Assembly: GCA_943787795.1 (NCBI GenBank) | Contig: CALSNU010000001.1 | Location: 1,384,285-1,448,284 of the forward strand | Length of the DNA stretch: 64,000 nucleotides | Reading direction: 5' to 3' | Source: an uncultured bacterium | GTDB lineage: Bacteria; Planctomycetota; UBA1135; GCA-002686595 | Shown here: piece by piece, positions 27,345 to 36,177 of the stretch | How positions within the stretch are numbered: the stretch's first letter is position 1 | Layout: every line of letters begins with the position of its first letter | Translations under genes and position numbers: made by a program | Notes under the pieces: generated by a model | Databases searched by the model: none | The model's input: the letters and a program-made list of their open reading frames with translations, nothing else | What the model was told of the DNA's origin: nothing

Positions 27345-29483
27345 TTGAGCTTCGACCCTGACTTCCGCCGCGCGATCGAAGAGATCAAGCTCCGAGCGCC
27401 CATCGAGGCCATCGTCGGGGAGACCGCAGAGCTCAAGCAGAAGGGCCGGGATCACTGGGCCTGCTGCCCGTTCCATGAGGAGCGGACGCCCTCGTTCAAG
27501 GTCGATGTTCGAGAGGGGACCTGGTATTGCTTCGGCGCCTGCCGCAAGGGTGGGGATGTCATCAAGTTCGTCCAGGAGCGCGGGAACATGACGTTCATGG
27601 ACGCCATGGAGCTGCTCGCGGCGCAGACGGGCGTTGAGCTGCCTCGGCGCAAGGCGCGGCGGACCAAGGAGAACGACCCCGGGCTCGCGGCCCTCAGCTT
27701 CGCCGCCGCGTACTTCCAGGCGGAGCTCCGCCGCGAGGAGGGGCGCGAGGCGCGGCGGTACCTCGCCAGCCGGAGCTTCGAGGAGAACGCCATCGAGGCC
27801 TTCGGGCTCGGCTGGTCGCCCCGCAACGGCCGGCGGTTCCTCAAGGCTGCAGAGGCCGAGAAGATCCCGGCGGACGCCCTGGTGGACGTCGGGCTGGCTC
27901 GGCGCCGGGACGGCAACGGCGAGCTCTACGCGTTCTTCCGCGGTCGCCTGATGATCCCCATTCGCGATCAGCGCGGCGTGGCCATCGGGTTCGGCGGACG
28001 GGTGGTGGGGGACGATGACGGCCCCAAGTACGTCAACACGAGCGAGACGCGCTACTTCCACAAGGGGCAGGTGATCTATGCCCTCGATCGAGCGCTGGAG
28101 CACGTCCGCGCCCGCGGGCACCTCGTGTTGGTGGAGGGCTATACGGACGTGATTGCCGCGCACGCCGCGGGGCTTCCCAACGTGGCGGCGGTCCTGGGGA
28201 CGGCCACGACCGAGATGCACGCGGCGCTCGTTCGCCGCGCCGGGACGCGCCGGGTGAGCCTGGTCTTTGACGGAGACGAGGCCGGCCGGCGGGCGGCCTG
28301 GCGCGGGCTCGAGGGGCTCCTGCCCCTCCAGATCAAGCTCGAGGTCGTCCCCATGCCGGACGGCGTCGACCCGGCGGATGTGCTCATGGGAGACGGCGGC
28401 GTGGCGGCCTTTACCGCGCGCCTTGAGACCGGCCTCTCCTGGCTCGACTTCGTGGTGGAGTGCGTGGAGGCCCGCCGGCCCGAGGGCCCGCGACCCTTCG
28501 CCCAGGAGGTGGACCGTGCGCTGGAGCTGCTGCTGCGGCTGCCCAGCCCGGTGGAGATCGACGCCGCCGCCGACGAGATGGCCGGCCGCCTGAAGCTCCC
28601 CCTCGACACGCTGCGGGAGCAGCTGAGGCTCATCAAGGACCGTCGTAGGGGCCGCGGCCGTCCTGTGGGGGGCTCCCAGGGCGATGGCCGAGCCCCATCG
28701 GGCTCCTTCGGATCCGCAGGTGGTGGGCTCCCCGGCGGCCCCGCAGGGGGCTCCAGCGACGGCCCTGGCGCCGGCCTGGGAGCTGGCTCGGCGGTCGGGC
28801 GCGGCGGAGCGTCGCAAATTCCTCCGGCTCCACCGCTCGATCTCCGCGTGGTCCGGGCCTATGAGGCACTGCTGGGGGCGGCGCTGGCAGAAGCCAGCCT
28901 CGTCCCCCGACTCCGACCTCACATCCAGGGCTGCCCAGATCCGGTCCTCGCCTCACTTTTTCAGATCCTCGTGGACCTGTGGGACAACGAGGACGCGGAT
29001 ATCACGGTCTCCCTCTTCCTCAACTCCGTCCAGGACCCCGCAGGCCGCGACAGGGTCCTCCCGATCCGGGAGGAAGCCCGCAAGGCCGACTCCGCCCAGA
29101 ACCTCTTTGACCGGGCCGTCGCCTACCTCGAGCAGCACCAGCGCAAGGTGGAGGACACCCGCCTGAACGCCCTCCTTCAGGCTCTAGAGCCCCTCGCAGA
29201 GCACGACGAGATTGCAAAGGCCTACCTCGATACCCTCTTCGCCCGGCTCCTCGAGCTCCGAAAAGGCGGCGCAGACCCCCGGAATGACCCCGTTCCAGCG
29301 CTTGTCGGTCAAAGCGAGGTACATTTAGACTCCCCACAGGAACACCAGGCCAACTTGCTGCGCCTTCAGGCTCTGGGCCGCGCCCTCCACACCCTCGCTC
29401 CCGCAGACCCCGTGTCGGCGGGATACCTCGAGCAGGTGTCACAGCGCTACCAGATCCTGAGCCAGAACCCTCCCCCGGCCTGA
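27345..29483 (+). CDS. dnaG: DNA primase
   Basis: CPFHEERTPSF..YCFGAC zinc ribbon, KYVNTSET, VEGYTD and FDGDEAG TOPRIM; TTG start at 27345 (ORF open from 27312). Confidence 0.95.
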   Translation: MSFDPDFRRAIEEIKLRAPIEAIVGETAELKQKGRDHWACCPFHEERTPSFKVDVREGTWYCFGACRKGGDVIKFVQERGNMTFMDAMELLAAQTGVELPRRKARRTKENDPGLAALSFAAAYFQAELRREEGREARRYLASRSFEENAIEAFGLGWSPRNGRRFLKAAEAEKIPADALVDVGLARRRDGNGELYAFFRGRLMIPIRDQRGVAIGFGGRVVGDDDGPKYVNTSETRYFHKGQVIYALDRALEHVRARGHLVLVEGYTDVIAAHAAGLPNVAAVLGTATTEMHAALVRRAGTRRVSLVFDGDEAGRRAAWRGLEGLLPLQIKLEVVPMPDGVDPADVLMGDGGVAAFTARLETGLSWLDFVVECVEARRPEGPRPFAQEVDRALELLLRLPSPVEIDAAADEMAGRLKLPLDTLREQLRLIKDRRRGRGRPVGGSQGDGRAPSGSFGSAGGGLPGGPAGGSSDGPGAGLGAGSAVGRGGASQIPPAPPLDLRVVRAYEALLGAALAEASLVPRLRPHIQGCPDPVLASLFQILVDLWDNEDADITVSLFLNSVQDPAGRDRVLPIREEARKADSAQNLFDRAVAYLEQHQRKVEDTRLNALLQALEPLAEHDEIAKAYLDTLFARLLELRKGGADPRNDPVPALVGQSEVHLDSPQEHQANLLRLQALGRALHTLAPADPVSAGYLEQVSQRYQILSQNPPPA

Positions 29484-29751
29484 CACTGCCCCTTCCCCGT
29501 TCTCACTCCCCGTCCCAGAGCCTCGATCAACCCCTCCTGATCCGTCGATCCACGTCTTCGACCCGAGCTGCGCATCCACGGGCGCGCCGGTCCACGTGTG
29601 AGTCAGGTCCGGTTCATCGAAGCTCAGCGACCCGAAGCCTCCAACGGCACGACGCCCCGCGTCGCCGCCCGTCGTGCGTCGGTCGTTCATCTTTCGAGCC
29701 CGTCGAGCCCTTCCTGCTGCCGAAGTCGCTCGACGTCCATCACCAAGCACC

Positions 29752-31494
29752 ATGACAGATTCCGTCGGACAGACGATCAAGCTCCTCGTTGATGAGGGCC
29801 GCCCCAAGGGCTTCCTCACCTACGCCGAGATGTCCAAGCTCATGGAGGACCAGTTCCTCCCCCCCGACAAGATGGACCAGGTGTTCATCGGCCTCGAGGA
29901 CGCAGGCATCGACGTCGTTGACGACAACGACACCGAGGTCAGCAGCGACGTCACGGTGAAGACGGCCACGGACGCCAAGGCGTCGGTGGCAGCCGTGGCT
30001 GCCAAGGCGCTCCAGGACGCTGGCAAGGTCAGCGTCGCCGAGAAGATCGACGACCCGGTCCGTATGTACCTGACGCAGATGGGGGAGATCCCTCTGCTGA
30101 CGCGACCCGAGGAGATCCGCCTCGCCAAGCGCATCGAGGTGACGCGCAAGCGCTTCCGCAAGTACTGCATGGGCTCGGGCGTGTGCATGGACGTGTCGCT
30201 CGCGACCCTCCACGAGGTCCAGGCCGGCAACCTCGCCTTCGACCGGACGCTCAAGGTCAATCCCAACCCCAAGCCCGACGACGACCCCAAGATCGTCGAG
30301 ACGCTCGGCAAGCCGCGCCTCGCGAAGCGCCTGCCCCTGAACGTGGCCACGATCGAGCGCCTGATGGCGCAGAGCCGCGAGGAGTACAAGGTGCTGATGC
30401 TCGGCAAGCTCTCCGAGGAGGAGCGCTCGGCCGCCCTGAAGCAGTTCCAGCGCACCCGCCGCAAGCTCATCATCCTCATCGAGGAGTGCCACCTCCAGAT
30501 CAAGAAGGTGCGCCCCTACATCGAGGTGCTCGAGGAGCACGAGCGCGACCTTCGATCCGTCGAGCGCAAGCTCGAGCAGTTCGAGAAGGCCGGCAAAGAG
30601 GACGCGGAGGGCGCCCGCGAGCTTCGCGAACGCCTCCACGACATCGAGCTCACGGCCCTCGAGCCGATGTCGGGCCTCAAGCGGCGAGCCAACCTGGCCC
30701 GCTTCCACTACGCGGAGTACGAGGAGGCCAAGCGCCTGCTCTCCAGCGGCAACCTGCGCCTCGTGGTCTCCATCGCGAAGAAGTACCGCAACCGCGGGCT
30801 CTCCTTCCTCGACCTCATTCAGGAGGGCAACACCGGCCTCATGAAGGCCGTCGAGAAGTACGAGTACCGACGGGGCTACAAGTTCTCGACCTACGCCACG
30901 TGGTGGATCCGTCAGGCCATCACCCGCTCGATCGCCGACCAGGCGCGGACCATCCGCATCCCGGTCCACATGATCGAGACGATGAGCAAGCTGCGCAACG
31001 TCACCAAGAAGCTCGTCCAGGCCAAGGGCCGGGAGCCGAGCGTCGAGGAGGTCGCCGAGGCCACGGGGATCACCGTGGACGAGGCGAAGCGGGTGATGAA
31101 GATCAGCAAGCATCCCATCAGCCTCGACCGGCCCATCGGCGAGTCCGACGACAGCTACTTCGGTGACTTTATCGAGGATGAGTCGGCCGAGAGCCCGCTC
31201 CAGGCCGCCGGCCAGGAGATGCTCAAGGAGCGGATCGATGACGTGCTCTCGACCCTCACCTTCCGGGAGCGCGAGATCATCAAACTCCGCTACGGCATCG
31301 GCGACGGCTACACCTACACCCTCGAGGAGGTGGGCCGGATCTTCCGGGTCACCCGCGAGCGCGTGCGGCAGATCGAGGCCAAGGCGGTCCGCAAGCTCCG
31401 CCACCCCGTACGGGCCCGGCAACTCGCGAGCTTCCTCGACGGCATCCAGATCCCGGACGACGCGGAGTACGAGCTGGGCGGCAAGCCCGAGTGA
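29752..31494 (+). CDS. rpoD: Primary sigma factor sigma70
   Basis: [40 protein letters not shown] and TRERVRQIE; follows dnaG. Confidence 0.97.
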   Translation: MTDSVGQTIKLLVDEGRPKGFLTYAEMSKLMEDQFLPPDKMDQVFIGLEDAGIDVVDDNDTEVSSDVTVKTATDAKASVAAVAAKALQDAGKVSVAEKIDDPVRMYLTQMGEIPLLTRPEEIRLAKRIEVTRKRFRKYCMGSGVCMDVSLATLHEVQAGNLAFDRTLKVNPNPKPDDDPKIVETLGKPRLAKRLPLNVATIERLMAQSREEYKVLMLGKLSEEERSAALKQFQRTRRKLIILIEECHLQIKKVRPYIEVLEEHERDLRSVERKLEQFEKAGKEDAEGARELRERLHDIELTALEPMSGLKRRANLARFHYAEYEEAKRLLSSGNLRLVVSIAKKYRNRGLSFLDLIQEGNTGLMKAVEKYEYRRGYKFSTYATWWIRQAITRSIADQARTIRIPVHMIETMSKLRNVTKKLVQAKGREPSVEEVAEATGITVDEAKRVMKISKHPISLDRPIGESDDSYFGDFIEDESAESPLQAAGQEMLKERIDDVLSTLTFREREIIKLRYGIGDGYTYTLEEVGRIFRVTRERVRQIEAKAVRKLRHPVRARQLASFLDGIQIPDDAEYELGGKPE

Positions 31495-31747
31495 CCGCGG
31501 CGGGGGAGCGCTTCGGCGTCACCGCTTGGACGGCTCCACAGAGCGGCCCGCCGCGCCCCCTTGGGCGCGGCGGGCCGCTCGCGTGTGGCTCGGCGGCCTG
31601 GTCGTGGAGCGCCCCCCGTCGCTGCACCGCCCCGGGTTGAGCAGCGGATCCCTCGCGCGTAGGGAGGTTTCGGGCCCACTTCGGCGGGCCCCCGGCGCTA
31701 TCCTCTCTGGCTCAGGCCTCTCCGCTGACCTCCCTCACCCCGTACTG

Positions 31748-32455
31748 ATGAACCCCGTCCTCCGTTCGCTGCTCAATCTTCAGGAAGTCGACCGCGACAT
31801 CTTCAAGGTGGAATCGGAGCTCGAGCGGCTCCCCAAGGAGCTCGCCCAGCGGGTCGAAGCCATCGACCTCCGCAAGGCCCAGATGGAAGAGAAGCGCGGC
31901 GAGGTCATGGAGCTGCGCGCGGCGATCAAGGAGATCGAGCACGCCACGGTGGGGATGCGCCAGCGGCTGAAGAAGCTGGAGCACGAGTCCTCCACGGGCA
32001 CCGCGGACGCGGCGCTCATCGCCAGCTACCAGCACGAGATGCGCAACATCAAGCGCAACACGAGCCAGGCCGAGGACGACGGCCTCAAGCGGGTCTCGCG
32101 GGCGGACCAGATCGAGGAGGAGATCGTCGAGATGGAGAAGCAGCTCCTCGACGAGCAGGAGGCCTTCGCGGAGTTTGAGAAGAACGTCGAGGTGGAGACG
32201 GTGGCGGCCCAGGGCAAGCTCGCCGAGCTCCAGGCCGACCGCGGCACGCGCTCGGCCGAGGGCATTCCGCCGGCGAGCCTCGAGACCTACCGGGGGCTCC
32301 TCAAGACCCGCGACGGCGAGGCGCTGGCCGAGCTTGGTGACGGGCTCTGCGAGGGTTGCTTCGTCAACCTGCCGAAGAACATCGTGGTGCGTCTGGCGCG
32401 CGGGACCGAGCTGGTCCAGTGCCCCTCCTGCGACCGCATCCTCTACAACTACTGA
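31748..32455 (+). CDS. Coiled-coil C4 zinc-ribbon protein (DUF164/HP0958-like)
   Basis: LLNLQEVD start, long coiled coil, CEGC...CPSCDRILY; usual position after rpoD. Confidence 0.9.
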   Translation: MNPVLRSLLNLQEVDRDIFKVESELERLPKELAQRVEAIDLRKAQMEEKRGEVMELRAAIKEIEHATVGMRQRLKKLEHESSTGTADAALIASYQHEMRNIKRNTSQAEDDGLKRVSRADQIEEEIVEMEKQLLDEQEAFAEFEKNVEVETVAAQGKLAELQADRGTRSAEGIPPASLETYRGLLKTRDGEALAELGDGLCEGCFVNLPKNIVVRLARGTELVQCPSCDRILYNY

Positions 32456-32498
32456 TCCGGCGCGAACGGGGCGGCTTCGCCTCGATGGCCGCTGGTCT

Positions 32499-32594
32499 CC
32501 ACTGCGGCGCGACTCCACTGCGGCGCGACTTCACTGCGGCGCGACTTCACTGCGGCGCGACTTCACTGCAGCCGGACTCCACTTCGGCCGGTCC
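32499..32594. repeat. 16-bp tandem repeat YCACTGCGGCGCGACT, 4 near-perfect and 2 degenerate copies
   Basis: Units start at 32499, 32515, 32531, 32547, 32563 and 32579 with no spacers. Confidence 0.9.
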
Positions 32595-32704
32595 TGACGG
32601 CAGCCTGCATGGCGCTGGCGCGCTCGCAGGCCGGGCGGCCTCAGAAGGCGAGGCGGGCGGAGCGGCTGACGAGGCGCCACCCCGGCGCGGACCCCACCGC
32701 GTCC

Positions 32705-33673
32705 CTAGCGGGCCGGCGAGGCGCAGGGCTCGCGACTGGCGGCGCACTTGGATCCTTGCCGGGCGCCCCGGCGTACGAGCTCGGCGGCGAGGCGCTCGCG
32801 GATCTCGTTCTTGTAGACGTCCCAGCGCGGGGCGATTCGCTTCTCCAGCGGCGCGTCGCCCGTCACGCGGTGCAGCACTTGGTCGGGGTGCAGGCGCTCG
32901 ACGAAGTCGGTGAGCCACTGGACGTACTCCTCGGCTTCGAGGACCGAGAGCTCACCCTTGCGGTACTGGTGAGCCATCTGGGTGCGCTCGAGGACCATGA
33001 GGTTGTGGACCTTGACCCCGGCGACCCTGGAGCTCGCGAGGGCGTCGGCGGTGGCCCTCGCGCCCTCCCGTCCGTCCCCAGGCAGCCCGAGGATGGCGTG
33101 TCCGACCACCAAGAGGTCCGCGTCGTGGGCGCGCGCCGCGGCGTCGTCGAACTCCTCGAGGGTGTGGAGGCGGTTGATGTCGAGGAGCACCTGGTCGTTG
33201 GCTGACTCCAGGCCAAGCTCGAGCCAGACATCCGTGACTTCCCGCAGGCGCGCGAGGGCCGCGAGGGTGTCGTCGGGAATGCAGTCCGGGCGAGTGGCCA
33301 CGGAGACCCCAACGACGGGGCTCCCGGGCGCCTCGACGGCCGGCCGGAGGGCGTCGAGCACCTCCTCGAAGCGGGCACCGTCGACGTAGGTGTTGGAGTA
33401 GCTCTGGAGGTAGGCGATGGCGCCCACGCCGTCCCCCCGGCGGGCGATCCGCGTCAGGCCCTCCTCGAGCTGGGCTGCGAGGCTGGCGCCGCCCTTGAGG
33501 GCGCCGGTGCCCGATCCCTCGACGTCGCAATAGGTGCAGCCCCCGAACCCCTTGGTCCCGTCGCGGTTCGGGCACGTCGATCCGGCGTCCAGGGCGACCC
33601 GATACACGGGGCGGCCGTAGCGCTCCTTCAGCCACGGGGCGAAGGTGCGGAAGGGAATCGGGGGAGAGGTCAT
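32705..33673 (-). CDS. TIGR01212-family radical SAM protein (YhcC/YtqA-like)
   Basis: TCPNRDG..G.GGCTYC, YLQSYSNTY, ATRPDC, ELGLES and HAILGLPG. Confidence 0.93.
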   Translation of the reverse strand: MTSPPIPFRTFAPWLKERYGRPVYRVALDAGSTCPNRDGTKGFGGCTYCDVEGSGTGALKGGASLAAQLEEGLTRIARRGDGVGAIAYLQSYSNTYVDGARFEEVLDALRPAVEAPGSPVVGVSVATRPDCIPDDTLAALARLREVTDVWLELGLESANDQVLLDINRLHTLEEFDDAAARAHDADLLVVGHAILGLPGDGREGARATADALASSRVAGVKVHNLMVLERTQMAHQYRKGELSVLEAEEYVQWLTDFVERLHPDQVLHRVTGDAPLEKRIAPRWDVYKNEIRERLAAELVRRGARQGSKCAASREPCASPAR

Positions 33674-33737
33674 CGCTCAGATGCTACGCGGGCGGCCCGC
33701 GAGCGATAACATCCGCCCCAGCAACCTCGTACTCGCC

Positions 33738-35654
33738 TTGGATATTCAGCCCATCGTTGTCGGAACCGCTGGTCACATCGACCACGGCAAGTCCACCCTC
33801 GTCAACGCCCTCACCGGGACCGACCCTGACCGGTGGGCCGAGGAGAAGGAGCGCGGGATGACCATCGACCTGGGCTTCGCCCGGTTCGAGCTCCCCGACG
33901 GGCGGCGTGTCGGGATCGTGGACGTGCCCGGCCACGAGCGCTTCATCCGGAACATGGTGGCCGGCGCCACAGGGATCGACCTGGTGATCCTCGTCGTGGC
34001 TGCGGACGACGGGGTCATGCCCCAGACGCGCGAGCACCTTGCGATCATGCAGCTCCTTGGCGTGGAGCGCGGCTTCGTGGCGCTCACGAAGGTGGACATG
34101 GTGGACCCGGAGATGGTCGAGCTCGCCGAGGAGGACGTGACCGACGCGGTCACCGGGACCTTCCTCGAGGGCGCGCAGATCCTGCGGGTCTCGGCCATCA
34201 CGGGCGAGGGGATGGATGAGCTGCGGGCGCTGGTCGCCGAGCTCGCGGCGACCGCAGAGCCGCGCTCTTCCGGCGGCGTGTTCCGCATGCCGGTCCAGCG
34301 CGTGTTCACCGCGCGGGGGTTCGGGACGATCCTCACGGGCATCCCGGTGTCGGGCTCGGTCCAGGTGGGGGACGTCGTTGAGATCTTGCCGGGGGGCCAA
34401 AAGGGCAAGCTGCGCGGGATCCAGGCCTACCACGAGAGCGCGAAGGTCGCTCGGGCGGGGCACTCGACCGCCCTCAACGTCGCGGACGTGGACCACCATC
34501 AGATCGAGCGCGGCCACGTGGTGGCGGCCCCGGGCTTCTTCAAGCCGCAGTCGATGGTCGGCGCCAACCTGACGGCCCTCAAGTCCTCGGGGATCGCGGT
34601 GACCAACCGCATGCAGGTGCGGGTGCACACCGGGACGACCGATGCCGTGGGGGAGGTGGTCCTGCTCGACGCAGACGAGATCGCCCCGGGGGAGACCGGG
34701 CTGGTGCAGTTCCGGATGGAGCATCCGCTGGTGTGCGCGCCGGGCGACCGGTTCGTCCTGCGCCTCGCGTCGCCGGTGCTCACGCTCGGCGGCGGGTCGA
34801 TCCTGGAGGAGAGCCGCTACCGCCTGAAGCGCTTCAAGCGCTTCGTGATCGAGGAGCTCGAGCGTCAGGCGTCGAGCCTCGGCTCCACCGAGGCGCTTCT
34901 CGAGGCGCACCTCGCCCGCGCGTCCGCGCGCTGGGCCCCGACGGAGGAGCTCTCCCAGGCGCTCAAGCGCTCACGGGGGGAGACAGAGGAGCTCCTCCGT
35001 GAGCTGGAGACCGAGGGCAAGGCCTGCCCACTCGCCTCAGGCCAACGCTGGATCCACTCGGACACCCTGGAGCTGTGCCTCGCGAACCTGCGGGACGGGC
35101 TCACGGGTTGGTTCGAGAAGAACCCCATGCGGAGCCGCATGGACGTCCGGGACCTGCGGAGCGCGCTCTCCATGGACAAGGGGCTGGTCTCGGAGCTCCT
35201 CCAGCGGGAGGAGGCCGAGGGGCGTGTCGTCCTCGAGGCGGGCGGCATGATCGCGCTCGCCGGGCGGGAGGTGAGCCTCGATCCGGCCCAGGCGAAGCTG
35301 CGCGGGCAGATCCTTGAGCGGATGGTCTCGGGACGGCTACAGCCGCCGTCGCCCGCGGAGCTCGCGGACCTGCTCAGCTGCGGCCGAGCCGACGTCGACA
35401 CGGTCCTTCAGCTGTGCGTCGACGAGGGGTCCATCGAGCGCGTGGGCGGTGAGCTGTTCATGGCGGCGGAGATCGTGGCCGAGGCGCGCGAGGCGGTGAC
35501 GTCGAACTGTGAGCGCAACGGCCACCTCGAGATCCCTGAGCTGCGGGACGCGCTCCAATCCACGCGCAAGTTCCTCATCCCCCTGCTCGAGCACTTCGAT
35601 ACGGAGGGGCTCACCCTCCGCCAAGCGGGGCGCCGGGTCCTGAAGCGCCACTGA
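33738..35654 (+). CDS. selB: Selenocysteine-specific elongation factor
   Basis: [28 protein letters not shown] and TKVD G-motifs; C-terminal winged helix [21 protein letters not shown]. Confidence 0.95.
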   Translation: MDIQPIVVGTAGHIDHGKSTLVNALTGTDPDRWAEEKERGMTIDLGFARFELPDGRRVGIVDVPGHERFIRNMVAGATGIDLVILVVAADDGVMPQTREHLAIMQLLGVERGFVALTKVDMVDPEMVELAEEDVTDAVTGTFLEGAQILRVSAITGEGMDELRALVAELAATAEPRSSGGVFRMPVQRVFTARGFGTILTGIPVSGSVQVGDVVEILPGGQKGKLRGIQAYHESAKVARAGHSTALNVADVDHHQIERGHVVAAPGFFKPQSMVGANLTALKSSGIAVTNRMQVRVHTGTTDAVGEVVLLDADEIAPGETGLVQFRMEHPLVCAPGDRFVLRLASPVLTLGGGSILEESRYRLKRFKRFVIEELERQASSLGSTEALLEAHLARASARWAPTEELSQALKRSRGETEELLRELETEGKACPLASGQRWIHSDTLELCLANLRDGLTGWFEKNPMRSRMDVRDLRSALSMDKGLVSELLQREEAEGRVVLEAGGMIALAGREVSLDPAQAKLRGQILERMVSGRLQPPSPAELADLLSCGRADVDTVLQLCVDEGSIERVGGELFMAAEIVAEAREAVTSNCERNGHLEIPELRDALQSTRKFLIPLLEHFDTEGLTLRQAGRRVLKRH

Positions 35655-36177
35655 TCCCAGGGCCCGGCTGGCCCACGGGCTCGGCCCCGGCAGCAGGCGA
35701 GTGGTCGGCGTCCATCGCGCCTGAATAGCGTGCGAGGTGCGCTTCAGGGGACCGCCGGTAGGACCGCCTGAGGGACAGGTGGGGGCGGTGGAGGGAGCCG
35801 ACCTGCAGGGTGAGCGCATGAGCGGTGGAGCACGCTCCTCACGTTGGCCCCGCCTGCAGGGGAGCGCCGCTCGCTCGACTGCGCGCCCGTCGGGCTTGGG
35901 GCCTCTTCCGTTGCCGGGATCCGCGTCGAGAGCGCCCGCCCGCAGGGCGACGGGCAGGCGCGCGGAAGATTTTTCGGGGTCGTGCTCACCCTCGAGGCGT
36001 GGCCGGTCACCGCCCGCCAAGCTCATGGGTCCCGGAGCGGGACAGCCGGGGCCGTCGAATCACTCTCTTATCCAAAGGGTGTACGGCGCTGGCGTCGATA
36101 CGCCCCTTGGTTGCACCCCCGACAGGTACCAGGTCGAGGGCAGCGATCTTTCCCCACCTCGCTAGCCAGACGTATCT

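Noticed and set aside
27309..27345. rsmA-dnaG readthrough fusion (dnaG frame opens immediately after the rsmA TAG)
   Set aside because: Both proteins are complete on their own, a TTG at 27345 gives a normal DnaG start, and the stop is TAG rather than a Sec UGA
25269..28922. Very long antisense ORFs (also 49495-53307, 55356-58358, 58679-62236, 18308-21061, 9974-12418)
   Set aside because: Shadow frames of real high-GC genes: Arg/Pro/Gly-rich or antisense-typical composition, with no family motifs
32499..32594. CRISPR array
   Set aside because: Units are 16 bp, head-to-tail with no unique spacers, and no cas genes are present; the same applies to the other short arrays
32456..32704. RNase P RNA, sometimes found after the zinc-ribbon gene
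   Set aside because: No GAGGAAAGTCC or terminal conserved motifs, and the space is too short once the repeat is excluded
35655..36177. tRNA-Sec (selC) downstream of selB
   Set aside because: No TCA anticodon arm or TTCGA T-loop cloverleaf found on either strand
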